A DNA stretch of 56,406 bases, the filler included, from Circinaria calcarea (lineage: Eukaryota): the NCBI GenBank assembly GCA_051942165.1. It is 5 parts of 5 records of this genome, joined end to end, with 100 filler letters (N's around TTAATTAATTAA, not from the genome) between each part and the next. Parts side by side here need not be neighbours in the genome. Positions count along the whole stretch, not along the records: positions 11,327 to 22,545 come from JAVECS010000700.1; positions 22,646 to 33,842 come from JAVECS010000701.1; 3 more parts are not named here. The stretch is one strand, 5' to 3'. Each line of letters begins with the position of its first letter. Within the stretch, counting starts at the first letter, position 1. The translations under genes and the position numbers were made by a program. Under the pieces are notes generated by a model. That model saw nothing but the letters and a program-made list of their open reading frames with translations, was not told the DNA's origin and searched no databases. Below are positions 13,162 to 25,644 of this stretch, piece after piece.

Positions 13162-16012
13162 ATGTCACCAATTAGCATCACTTTCACTACGCCGACTGTT
13201 TCTGGATTGGCATGGACAGATAGCTTCAAAGACCTTAGAGATGAAGAGATTGAGGATATCATCGTCCATTGTCGCTTCGCAACGGCCTCTTTTGAGGCTG
13301 AGCTCTCGGACCGGTGTGAGCCCAGAAAAGACAGAGCACTTGAGGATCACTATGACACGCTTTTCGCAACCGCCAAGACTTTCAACGAATCAGGGCTGAC
13401 CAAAGAGCATAATAGCTGTCTAGATGATCTGTCTTCATCACTACGAGAGTCAAAAGAAGACGCTCAAAACAAGCATCACACTGCAAAGGCTGCGACTCAG
13501 TATCTGTGGTGTATCTCAAGAGTCTTGGGTTGGTCTTATGCTCTTTTGATATTCTGCGCCCTAAGTAAAAGCAACGTGCAGAAGCTCCCTCAAGATCACC
13601 GTGTGAAACTCATTAAACGCATGAATCAATATCGTGACTTGCTCTGCTGTCATAGACTTGAGGATGGAGCCACTAATTGCAGACTTGGCCAGATACGTAT
13701 GGACCCATCTCTTCATATATCAGTATATCAACTGAACCATAGCAGATATCGGAATCGACTCTTACCTCCCAAGGGTTCGCAAACAGCGCAAGCGCAAGCG
13801 CAATCGCAACGACGTTGAAGATGCTACCACCGAAACTCTATCAATCCCAACAACAACCGCCCATACCAATCCTCTCTTCACCCCAACTCCTCTGTCAAAT
13901 TTCTGCGAAGTCCTCGAGGCCCCGCCCGTCTTCGCACCACCGATTACCCCAGCCACCTCTGTCTTCGACATCCCCACCACCAAACATCCCTTCTCCCGCC
14001 TCCCACAATGTGACGGCATGAACGTCCATCCAGACCAGAGCCACTCCACTCCGCCTGCTCTTGATCGCGACTCGCAGATTGGCAATTCTGATTCTTGGTA
14101 CAACTTGGTTATGAACAATCAGACCAATCGCAGTTCAACATACACCCACAGCTTCTCCAATATGCCAGACAACATGATTTGCAGTACAGTCATTGAGCTT
14201 CAAAATCAACTCAAAGCCCTCTACAAGCCCCCGCGATGGTCCCCCGTTTTGGCTTGCAATTCGGCCACTCCACCACTACTCCCAGATCCCCTCGTCACGA
14301 GAATCCAGCTTTTAGACTATGATTCAAAAAGCTTAGCAACAATTTTGGTTTAACTGGGTGTGGCTGACATATCAGAGAATATGTTGCTTCGTGCCTCTCA
14401 ACCTCGGAGGTTCTGGAATTGTGCGGGAGAAATAGAACCGAGGACTGGATCGAGTTTTACCCCTGTGCTTGCAGATCATAGTAAACTCACATCGGCCATC
14501 CAACGTCTTGAGTCTCTTGGGCTCATCACGTCAAAAGCTGGACCTCTGGACCACCGGAGTTTCTCAGTTGATCAAAGCGTACGAATGCACATAGAGGAAT
14601 GCACGCAAAATTCGAACATTTGGAAAATTCAAGCTTCAAAACTCGTCTTTTACACCTTTCCCAGAGATCCAATAACAGAGCTTTATTTGTGAGTCATCCA
14701 ACTTGAAACTATATACATTGCATGCTGATCAGTGTTCACCAGCTACTTAGAACTAGGGACATTACAGCTGCCACAATTGGAGCATGTTCTGACATACTTC
14801 AATAACCCGGATTTTATCGAAGCATTTTCTTCTGAGGAGCTCGCACAAGTGGTCGAAGGTTGTTTATCGTCTTCACAATTTTCTGACCTCGGTTGGAAAC
14901 GCAAAATCCTCACGACCGCGGAGGGAATCATGGGAGTGGAACCATGGGATCCACAGCTATCGGCAAGATTAAAGCTGCGGGAAAAATTTTTGTCCTGCTT
15001 GTTCCCTGTTGGACCTGAGCAAAGGCTGCAATATGCGCCTGACATCACTAAATGCGATCTGACCCCCGTTGATTCAAGGTTGAACGCTTACTGTGGAGAA
15101 ATGATGTTGTTTAACGCACAAAAGATAGTCGAGCGAAATGAACTCTTAAAGGCCTGTTATGTATTGGAAAAGTTCAAACCTTTTGATAGCAAGAATCCGT
15201 CGACCCTGGAGCAAAGTGTAATGCAACAAATATCGTTCTTCAAGGGAAAAATTTCTCGCTTTGCCGGTCACTTCCTCGAAGCAAAGGACCACTTGGAGCC
15301 ACTTTCCTTACCTGATGCGCTGCGCAGTAAGATTCTCTACGGTATTACAACCCACCTCATAGCTGTATATTACAAGTTAAGCAATATTGATGAAGCGATG
15401 TGCCTCGCATCAGCCGCATCAGAGGAGCTGCAACTCTCGAACCGCCTGAGCCGGAACAGAGAAAGACGCCTAAAACTTTCGTTGGCCGAGACACATCTCA
15501 TGAAGGCTTTGTGGATAGTGAAGAAGAGCAATGTAGAAGAGAGTCGTTCCAAGGTTTTCAGGAACTTCACACTTTCAAAGCATGCGCGGGACTCATTAGA
15601 GACGGCGAGTGACATTTATGAAGAGCTTCAGAAAAGCTATCAGGAATCCCGCGAACTTAGTAAAGTTGGCAGATTGAACAATTTCCGCATTTCAGTGGGG
15701 CTAGCAATGATCTCACATCTCGAGGGTCACTTGGAAGTCGCCTTTTCTAAGTGGGAGCTTGCTCTGAGCTTAGCACAATCATACTGGGGCTCAGACTTCG
15801 CTATGATGATCAGCCTTTATTCCATGAGTGAGATTACACTCAAACTGGATAAGATAACGCAATCATAACATCTTGCCGAAAAGGCAGAGAAAATATTCCG
15901 AAAGAGTGGCCGCCAGAACTATCTGCTTGCCCTTGGCTCCATCTGGTTTGACGAAATCGGAGATTCGGTCCAGCGCAATAGAGGGCAGAGAATAGTCGAA
16001 GCGTCGCCATGA
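13162..16012 (+). pseudogene. Large hypothetical protein with winged-helix-like and TPR-like C-terminal region, two in-frame stops
   Basis: Exons about 13162-13696, 13746-14688 and 14742-16012. The frame continues across TAA 14351-14353 (ATILV*LGVADISENMLLRASQPRRFW) and across TAA 15866-15868 (ITQS*HLAEKAEKIFRKSGRQNYLLALGSIWFD) to TGA 16010-16012. Helical-repeat character (FFKGKISRFAGHFLEAKDHL) and a basic NLS-like RKQRKRKR. Confidence 0.6.
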
Positions 16013-16076
16013 AGGCATCTTCAAAGACGAAGTAGAGACTCTTGTTCATTAGTTCATTCTAGAAAATCTTATTTGT

Positions 16077-16260
16077 TGATGATGATGATGATGAAGAATT
16101 CCTATTGGCTGTTCAAGGCCTTTGGCCTATAGGATCCAAGATTCATTGCTAGTTGATGATGATGTTTATTACGCCCGTAGGAACTAATCCTAAAGGGCTC
16201 TAATACGCTTATATATAATAGTGCTTTCAATTTAGATATAAACTCGCAAATAGCCCCTAT
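16077..16260 (-). mobile_element. Two short putative non-LTR retroelement 3' ends with (CAT)n tails
   Basis: The minus strand shows AATAAA-CATCATCATC at about 16155-16170 and a second (CAT)5 tail at about 16078-16093. Confidence 0.35.
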
Positions 16261-17066
16261 AGAATGCCTTTCCCAGTGTTCCTTGTACTCGATGCCATTC
16301 TATTTCGATTTGAAGAGGTCCCACAGTTGGTTTGTTAGGAAACAGCTACTTCTGAAGGCGATTCTCCAGATGTTTGGCGTCCTTATATCTGGCGGCGAAA
16401 GCGAGACCGGCTTGCTGTCGTGTGGTGCGCTTGATTTAAGTAGTCGGAAAGAAGAAGTTAGGTGGTCAGCAGGTTGTGAAGTAGAGAAGTCGAAGTCCGC
16501 TGTCGCACCGCAACCGGGGCTGAGACGTCTCCCAGCCATTCGTAGCTCGGTATACTCTGGCTCATCCATCGAACGTGTATCCACCAGCAGAACACACCGT
16601 TCCCCATATGCCTTTCATCGCTTCCCATACTCTATAGTGCCCTAATTATACCCTTTGCATGCCCCATGGCCCAGCCTCCAGCCCCCCAACCCGACAGCCG
16701 AATAGTATATTCTTATTCCCCACTCCCCCAAGCTAGGACCGCCAGCCCCAGCTGCTACCGCGCCGACAAGGTGACTCTTCTTAGCTCTGCGAGCACTCCT
16801 AGGAGTACTCGCAGGTTCCCAGCCTGCACCACGGGGAGGTGAGAGTCGTCGCAGGCCAAATCTTGCTAGTTGGCTGTGGAAAGCGTCCCGAATTTTTAAC
16901 ATAACGTGACCGTAGGGCTTGTCTTTGAGAGTAGGCACTGAGAAAGACGCTAAGATCCTTGGCGTTAAAAGATATTCACGGTGCGAGATCGGCCAAGGGT
17001 TTATTTAACTCCACGACAGAGGCACTGAGAACGGATAGAAGCGTAAGACTTCACGGTATTACCAAG

Positions 17067-18695
17067 ATGGAGGGTAGCTACAAGGTAAGAAGTACGATAC
17101 GAGAAGATTCTATTATCCACTAATTTGACATAGAGAGCCATAGACCTTCTTAATAGCAGGAAAGCCCCTCCTAAGGACAGCTTGAAGGACATGCGCGGCT
17201 CGGACGATATGATAAAATGGCTACGGCTGCTTGATCACTCAGTAACAGTTTAAGTTCTTCTAAAATACAGAGAAGTTTCTGATCAAAATAACAGGTTGAA
17301 GACTTAGATGGTTTGAATATTATACATGTTGCAGGGACGAAAGGAAAGGGTAGTACATGTGCATTTGCTGAGTCTTTCCTCAAAGTGCACGGAAAAGTAA
17401 CTGGACATCCGCGAAAGACAGGCCTTTACACATCGCCGCATATCAAGACTATACGAGAGAGAATTCGCATTAACTTTGAGCCAATTTCGGAAGAGCTTTT
17501 TACAAAGCGGTTTTTCGAAGTTTGGGATAGGCTGCCGAAATACCCTACGGATGCGTTGGACGTGCCTCGATATCTCCAGTTCTTGGCTCTTTTATCGTTC
17601 CACGTGTTTATCGAGGAAAAGGTTGATGTGGCGATCTACGAGACTCACATGGGTGGGGAATATGACGCCACGAACGTTGTCAAAAGGCCTATCGTTACAG
17701 GGGTTACAACAATTGGAATGGATCATGTTAGGCTGCTCGGCCCATCAATTGAAGATATTGCTTGGCATAAGGCAGGAATCTTCAAACCCGGAAGTCTTGC
17801 CTTTTCAGCCCTCCAGGAACCGGCAGTTGCTGCGGTACTACAGCGCCGAGCAGCTGAGAAAGAAGTAGCGCTGAAATTTGTTGACATTGATTCTAGACTT
17901 CCGACTAATGCACGAGCTCTAAAGCCAGGGGTACAGAGAACAAATTGCTCTCTTGCTCTCGCTCTCGTCGGCGCTTTTCTAAGAGAGATGGCACCTAAAG
18001 AGTATAGTAGCTTAACTTCTCACGACATATTTCATGGCATAGACCAATTTCTCTGGCCAGGACGGTTTCATTCAATCAGCCATGAAAATTATCAGTGGTG
18101 TATAGATGGAGCTCACAACGAGCTGAGTATGCAGCAAGCTGCGCAGTGGTTCGCTGAGATAGCCTCGGAGGCGCAAAGGTACCTGATAGCGTCTAATCTA
18201 CAATATCAAGTTAATAACTCTAGCAACTCTTCGCCTCTCGCACGTATTCTTATTTTCGCTCATTTTTCGGACCGAGATAGAACGGCTCTCCTAAAGTGCG
18301 TAGCACGATCTCTACAAGACAGTGGTATACGAGCACAACACGTTATCTTTAGCACATATGATGAAAGGCAAGACGGTGTTGTCCGGATTGGTATGGCTCA
18401 AAGACACATTCTAGGTACCGAACACCGACTAATTCTTACTTCAGACAAAAATCTCCAAAATCGCTTCTCGCTGGAGGTCCAAGAGCGCTATGCTGAGATT
18501 TGGAGGACTATTGATCCTGATGCTGAAATATCACTCGAACGCACTATCGAGGGAGCTTTGAACCTGGCAAGGAGAATTGGCGATCGAGGCAACGGAATGC
18601 AGACCTTGGTGACCGGGAGTCTGCACCTGGTTAGCGGTGCTCTTTCTCTATTGGAACCAAATACTTCAGATTCATCTCACAGAGTCTCTGTTTGA
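17067..18695 (+). CDS. Folylpolyglutamate synthase (FolC/FPGS family), divergent paralogue
   Basis: Exons 17067-17084, 17134-17241 and 17295-18695, with two probable short in-frame introns near 18180-18223 and 18391-18444. Motifs IHVAGTKGKGST, LYTSPH, GGEYDATN, IAWHKAGIFK, WPGRF, IDGAH and LVTGSLHLV. No stops seen. Confidence 0.9.
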
Positions 18696-18719
18696 GGAAG
18701 TACACCCTAGTCTCGAGAT

Positions 18720-19740
18720 TCACCATCCCCTGGAGTGATACTCGTTGGTATCAAAGTTGTTTTCTGATATGTCATCTGTTCCCACGGGCGCGGTTTGGCG
18801 GCGCAAGACGGCATTGGCTGTCGCGTTCATCTGACTGCGTTGCCAGATCAAACACTTCCTGAGAGACTCAGTAAGCTCCGAAGTCACCATTTCGTGACCA
18901 AAAGTTCGAGGAGAGAGAGCGTATTGATGAGTGTTAGATGAAGTCATTACGATAGGTTTCGATCGTGGGTTATTCCTCTCGTTCATCTCCAGCGTGGATT
19001 CATCCTCCAGCGAACTGCCCACAGATGAGATACTCGAAGAATTTCTCGGCTGTGGCAGGACAGATCGTGATTTTGAAGCCTGCACCGCCATGGCTCGGTC
19101 GGGCTGATCGATAAGAGTGGTAATCATGGGGCGACGAGACACCAAGGTTAGCTTCGAGTCCACTCGCTGAAAACTTAGGGGTTGGTTTTCGCTAATATCA
19201 GCTGTCGGGTCTTCCGAATCCTCCCAATCGTTATCGTTATCGTCGTCCTCAAAGACGTCCTTATCTTTATAATACCCATCAATAGCATTTCGAGAATCAG
19301 CCTCACCTTTTAATGAAGTCGTCTTTGCGTCAACAGCCGGTTGCTTCCAGGCAGCTGTCAATGAACTCGTTCTGGGTTTTGTGGACACCTGATCGTTAAG
19401 AGATTTGACGGCCAAGGAAGTGTGCACCAAGGGAGGGAACGTCTTCCTTGCAGACTCGTGCCCCTTTTGCGCTATTTCCTTCTCTCTTTCTTTATCACGT
19501 ATAGATGTTTCTTTGGCCGCCATTAAGTCCACATACAGTAGCTTGGGCTCAGTCACAGTTCGAGGGGAGATTTCCCTCCCACTTGCTGGGTTCCCCTTCA
19601 CTCGACACCTCACGGATTGCGGTGTCTCAGGAGACGTTGGAGGAGATTCGGGTCTTGGTACCGCGGTTCTATGAGAAGGCGTTGGGCTTGGTTGGGCTTG
19701 ATGACGAGATGCTAAAGGATATGTTTCGCGCTCTTTAGAC
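18720..19740 (-). pseudogene. C-terminal half of a DUF3295-type protein; N-terminus absent or degraded
   Basis: Family-like motifs DDNDWEDS, FQRVDSK, ALSPRT, SELTESLRKCLIWQR and terminal EYHSRGW*. The frame closes near 19760, the ORF-track start at 19613 is a GTG, and the upstream DNA is AT-rich. Confidence 0.55.
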
Positions 19741-21186
19741 GTGGAGCGAAAATCTCGTCAAATCCTTATATACGCAACGATCTTATGGCTAAATAAATCA
19801 TTATTATTTAAGCCCAGTCGTGCTTTTGCACAAGCCATAAAAAAGTAGCTAGTGTGAGAATAACTCCGAGCTTAAGGTTTGGGGTCGACAGCGTTATTTA
19901 AAATAACTTATATGTATTCTTCACTCCCCACCATGCACTTGCTCTCGATAATGTCTTGGTCGTTGATAGCTATAACGATCCCTTACGCTTATCTAATACC
20001 ATAACCATCGCAATTAGGGTTAAAGAAAGCGTTGTACGGTATTGCTCAGGGAAATGCGTCGCTGCGATAGAGCGCTAATGCAAGCCAACGCCACCATCGC
20101 AGGGAGCTATTACCCAAAGGTTCGTCCCTTGAAGTTTGTTCGTATTAGAGCTACATGGAAACGATTAAAATCGTCTTTCGGGCTGTTGCTCCGAGAATAA
20201 TGAGCTTCCAGATCCGCATGGACTTCTCAAAATAACACCTGAATGTTGAGGATCGTAGTGGTGAAGAGATTGAGATGGAGTTTTCTAAAAGATAGCCCGG
20301 AAAATATTTGATAGCTTTATACGGTATTTTGAGCGGGTTATATATAATGGTAGCATAGATAAGCAATCTATATTTATACGAACTTACGAGCACGAGGCTC
20401 TTAGGCTTAACATTTGATCCAGCGTGTTCCATAATGGAAGCCTGACTCTATAATACCATTTATATGCATCTTATTAGCGGTGGAATTAAACTCTATCAAT
20501 ATCTTCTGGATTGCTATCTAAATGAGGTCGTATAGTATACAGGTATTGTGTAGCGGCATACACCATAATAATCCTCCAATCAACCATCTCAGTCTAGCGC
20601 CTACGAACCTCTCGCGTGAATCCCTCGCGTGAACCTCGCGTGAACCGTTTGCGCGGACCACGAACAGTCTCCCATGGGCGCCGACGCCACTGATACACAT
20701 GGATCCTGCAAGTAAGCTATGGCGACGTCTCCGCAGCGAAGGCAAGAACGTCCCCCCACAGCTCTCACTCTGTTGAGCTATCCACCATATCGGAACGATA
20801 TCAATATGTATGATCTGGCAGTCTTCCCGGATCGATAGGATGGCATTGCTTGACTGAAAAAAATGAATGCAATGAGTATTCGTGACACAGCTGCAACTCA
20901 TGTCGTATCGATGGGTAATAAAGGAGGGCAGACCCTTTCTCGAGAGATGATACCATCGACCTCCTTCTCTCCGTCGAGCAAGTTTATAGTTTGGTTTCTA
21001 GATTCTCAATCATAGACTTATCTTACGATCACAATTTCGAGAACATAATGCCTTTAGAGATGACTCTATCTATCTACTCTCTGCTCGCCATGCCTTCAGT
21101 CCGATACACCTCCCGATAACCCACGCATGAACGCATCCTCGCAAGTCGGTTCGATCGGCCGGTTTAAGCAAGCCATTAAGAAGTTG

Positions 21187-21561
21187 TGTTATGGCGCCAG
21201 CACCATAGCATGTCCTGGACCCAGAACGGGGTAGGGCCGGAACGGACTAACCCCTGAACCGTGCTCAGTATGTTCACGGTTGGTAAGTAGAATGAGTAGG
21301 GTGAGCAGCGAACCAGTGCTCATAGCGCTTAGTATGCTTAGTGGGAATGAACAAGGTGAGCAGGATGAGCATGTGTGTTGTATATAACAGGCTATTCCCG
21401 CTCTTTAAAATAGCATGCTTATAGAACCATAACGAGTTCAACATACTCCTTTTATATTAAGCTTAGGCCAATAATTTAACTACACCCTATGTAACCGTGC
21501 CATCACCAATCGGGACTTATTATATTCCTTAATAGGCCCTAAGGATTGCAGCGCCCTTACA
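21187..21561 (+). mobile_element. Solo LTR (375 bp) of an LTR retrotransposon
   Basis: TG...CA ends with an imperfect 11-bp inverted repeat (TGTTATGGCGC / GCGCCCTTACA) and an internal TATATAA. The 3' ~145 bp recurs at 33943-34082, ending at the same TTACA. No perfect target-site duplication (GTTG vs GTGG). Confidence 0.75.
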
Positions 21562-22202
21562 GTGGGCTGTAGAGTTTTTTCCCTTGGCTTTGCACTTTTA
21601 TGAACTACTCATCTTGCACATACGTTACACAGTATATCGACTATTGCGTACACATTGAATACCGTCTCAATGCATTGCTTAAGCCACTCTCTGCTAAACC
21701 TTTAACACATTGTACTTTTTGGGCCGGACCCAACTAAACTAAAAAGCAACGGGGTACCCTACGATTTCTCTCTCTCTAAAAATAAAGCCCCTAATATACA
21801 GCTTGACTTTTTTTTGCAGCCCCATGCAAACATACCCACATGCAAAAGCCGGGGCCGGAGCAGAAACCCCAAAAGCCATCAACAGCCGTTCTAAATAAAC
21901 CCGACGCTCGAATGCAAGCCATGGATCCGGAGAGTCCTGACGTCTCTGACAGCATGTCCCTCGTTAACAAAATTAAATCCCAGAACCCAAACCGCCCCCG
22001 CCCCCTCTTTTTCGCCACAAATATGAGATGAGAAAACATCCATCGCGTTGGATAAAAGTAATGCCTGCGACATGCATCGAGCAAACAAAATCGCCCCCGG
22101 TAGTAAAATGTAAAAAGTACATGGCCCCTAATACTCCTCCCCTCCCCCCAACTTCATCCATCCATTACACAGTGACTTCTTCCTTCCGTTCAAGACGACC
22201 GT

Positions 22203-22545
22203 TTACTGGTTGAGAAACTCATCCGCCAGACTACGAGCCGTTTCCTCGTCATCTTCCATGCTCAAGTCCATTCCCCTTTCCTCCAGGGCCTCGCCAGCTT
22301 CATTTCTTCCATCGTCTGTCGTGAAGTCGGCAAATAGATTATCCATATTACCAGCCGAGTTGTTGTGAGAATGTCCAAAGTGATCTCGAAGCGGACTGAC
22401 TATAGAACCGTGTGAGAGTGACTGGGTATGATGTGGTCCAGACACGTTATGCAAAGCCGAGGCCGCAAAGTGACTGTTGGCGGGACTGAACAGACTGGGA
22501 TCCAACGGCGGGCCCGATCTGATCATGGGCGCGTGAGCTGCAAAT
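22203..22545 (-). CDS. 3' end of an unidentified gene, truncated by the contig end
   Basis: Frame open from the contig edge to ...MEDDEETARSLADEFLNQ*, with a protein-like acidic C-terminus. Confidence 0.6.
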
Positions 22546-22645
22546 NNNNNNNNNNNNNNNNNNNNNNNNNNNNNNNNNNNNNNNNNNNNTTAATTAATTA
22601 ANNNNNNNNNNNNNNNNNNNNNNNNNNNNNNNNNNNNNNNNNNNN
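22546..22645. other. Artificial contig spacer
   Basis: N44-TTAATTAATTAA-N44. Confidence 0.98.
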
Positions 22646-23154
22646 GGATTGGAATGACTCCCCCTGGGTCCCTGGCTGTATTTGCAGTGGAAGGGAAATT
22701 ATGTACTGTACTCAAGTAATATTTTACTATCTCTCTTGGGGAAGATTCGACTTCGTAGGGACCGCTGGTTGGACTATACTCTGCCCAAGAGTTTCCAGGG
22801 CATATTATGAAAAGCATGTGCAGAGACTCCAATCGTGCTGCTCGTAACATATCTTTCTGATCCGGAGTTATACACGTACGGGATCAGTTATCTCTTTTGC
22901 TGCTGCGATGAAGACTTGTGGGTTTATATACCGCCACCTTCATCCCAGCCTGTGCGTCTAGCTCCGCCTAGGTACTCACTCGTGATCGTTGATTTTATAC
23001 GACTTCATCAACGCCGGATATAGTCATAGGTCATCCAACTGCACGCGGGAAGACTAGGATAGGAATTCAGAAAATATGCATGATCAACAGCTTCGCGATT
23101 TAGTAAATCCCAAGGCACCCTTTCTACCTTTTAGAATCCTCAAACATCCCTAGC

Positions 23155-25166
23155 TTAAGATCGAATCCTCGCAGTTGAGATCCTCTTTGCCATTTCCAGT
23201 AAACCCCTAGAATTCTCACCTTCAACCTCGGTCTCTCCCCAGACACAAGTCCCATTAACCCGCGCTGCATCGCTTCCACCACTCCAATTTAGCTCGAGTC
23301 GGTCCCGCTCGAGGGACAGCGCCAAAAGCCTGCTGTAGCCGTCAACGCCGATATCGATGCTTAGTTGGCCGGTCAGCGGGGACGTAGCAGTCCATCCTCC
23401 GCCTTGGGGACTGGTTTCGATGAGGGACATCAGGTCAAGGGTGAGGAGGTGCATGATGTGGTCCTCCATGTCCGCAGTGGTTGTGAAATGGGATTCCGCG
23501 GGGAGTAAAGATAGTGGCGTATCAGGCAAGGCAGTATTTACACTGATCTTGTATTCAGTGCCCATAGTGTTCGTACGAATGAAAAGTGCCAGCTGTGAAG
23601 TTGTCGTGGGTAAGTTGAGTAACACTGACGAGTGTAGTGGTGCAGACATGGAGTTGACAAGAGCCTCGACATAGGATTGATAGGCGTTTGTCGTTGAATT
23701 AAGGAATTTTGACAGTTCCATACCGCTTCTTGAATTATCTCTGATCAAGTTCAAGCCTGCCCTTGCAAGGACCTTGCTTAAACCTTCTAGAAATTCTAGC
23801 ACTTCATTAGAGACAGATCGATGCTGCAAATGTACCAAAATGGGCCTCAAGATCGAGTAGAGCGGTCTTGGGGGTCTTCGTTCAACCAAAGGGGGTGGGG
23901 GTTGGCGCCGACGATTCGCCGTTTGCTGGTGAGCATGAGACAAGAAGATCCTGGATGCAGTAAGAATAATTTCAGCTATACCATTGTCTGCCGGAAACTT
24001 TTCTGTAGCTTCGATTGTGTCGCTGTCTGTAGGTACAAGATCCAGCATCACTTGTTGGTCGGTTCCCATAGGGAGCAAAATATTATCGCCGGTACAACGA
24101 ACTCCCCGATTTGTCAAGCTGCGTGCTTCCCGATGTAATTCATGATACAACTCGTCATCAAAGATATCATTTCGAGCTTGAAGTATCGAGTCTTCAATGG
24201 ATTCATCTCCACCCTGCTTTTCTTTTTTATTTACTGAGGATGCGATAACTCGAGTACCCTGATACACTTGGACACGAAGTGTACGAGACACGGACGCTCT
24301 AATTCCCAGATCCAAATCGATATGGCCATTTTCCGTCTTCCGCAAAGCTGCCAATCCTCTGTCGCGGAACTCTGGTGCAGCTATATCATGGGTTAAGCTC
24401 GCTCAGAAAAATCTTGGGATATACTCATACCTTCAGAAAACCCGTAACGGACGCCTAAAGTATGCTTCTCACGCGGTAGCCGACAGATAGACCAGCCTTT
24501 CTCCTTGACCGCAAGTACCTCCTCCCAATAATCCGTTTCTTTCTTCAACTCCTTCTCGAGCCTTGTCGCCGCTTGTATTAGAGAATCCTGAGTAGCGTGA
24601 AGTGATTGCTGTTTCCATCCTGTGGATACCCGATCGTCGTCCCGATTCTTCGAGTCTGAACCTTGCGGCAATTGAAGAATCTCAGTCCCCAAACTTCCCA
24701 TTGGAACATTCTGTTTCAGGAATGGAGAGATGGTGGTTTCGGCTTGCTTGGTTACATGTCTAGAAAGCAACAGAGATACAAAGTCCAACGCATACGCACT
24801 CTCCATCTGGGCCTGTCTGCGTATTCTTAGTTCGTCATAGAACCGCTTAAGATAAGAGAGCGATACTTACGTAACGAGTTGCAGAACCTCAGCCCGCGCA
24901 GCTTTGACATCTTCAGTCTGTGATTTGACATCTACAGTCTCCTCGCTGGAAGAGTCGACATCTTCTTGCCCGGATTGAATCTCGCCGGCTTTAATTGCTT
25001 GGATCTCTTCCTCGAGACTTTGCTCTGTGATATTCCGGAATGAACCTCGCTGTTGGTTGACTCGGGAGATCAGAAGAGGCAATGACTGCCGCTCTACATC
25101 TTTGGTAGGCCAAGCCCGAAGTGAGATCAAGAGTTGATCTTCTATAACTGATGTGGAACTATCCAT
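23155..25166 (-). CDS. MED17: Mediator of RNA polymerase II transcription subunit 17 (Srb4)
   Basis: Exons 25166-24871, 24816-24431 and 24380-23155 splice in frame. Motifs QRGSFRNITEQSLEEEI, ALDFVSLLLS, KETDYW, LGVRYGFSEAAPEFRDRGLAALR and ARNDIFDDELYHELHREA. Confidence 0.9.
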
Positions 25167-25644
25167 ATTTCAAAAGTCACCCCAGATAGGGAAGAAGGTA
25201 CTGAGAGATTGGGGAGTGTATCAAGCGAGATGAAGTAGAATATATTATTTGAAATAGGTTCATGGAAACAATGTACCTGATATAAAAACTGCAATGTGCA
25301 TGACGCCCCATTCAACCACACTCGAGCCTTATTTTGCTTCAGAGAGCTCGCCTAGCTTGAGGATCTGCAGTAGGGGGTCTGTTATTAATCTCCGGGCTAT
25401 TACTTCCCGCTAAGACATGCCAACCGATAAGAAGGCTGATAAGCAAGCTCCTACTTCTGACAACAGTTCGAGGGGTAGGAGCGGATATATTTTCCTAGGC
25501 TTCACTCCGTCACTCCTCCTGTTGCTCGTTATCGTTAAACCTCCCCCTCTCTCATTCTTTAAGATTAAGAGTACATCGATTGACATTGTTTGGCTGTAGA
25601 ACTATAGAATAAGGCCGGCCGCTGTACATCTCCCAAATTCAGAC

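Noticed and set aside
20610..20645. Three copies of CTCGCGTGAA as a CRISPR-like or regulatory array
   Set aside because: Too short, no real spacers, eukaryotic context; a simple minisatellite.
20719..20970. Possible decayed ORF MATSPQRRQERPP... with two stops
   Set aside because: No recognisable family; cannot be distinguished from chance.
11327..21199. 14-bp inverted match TGGCGCCATAACAC / GTGTTATGGCGCCA as the TIRs of a 10-kb DNA transposon
   Set aside because: Better explained as termini of independent LTR copies; the match at 21187 begins an LTR that extends away from the enclosed region.
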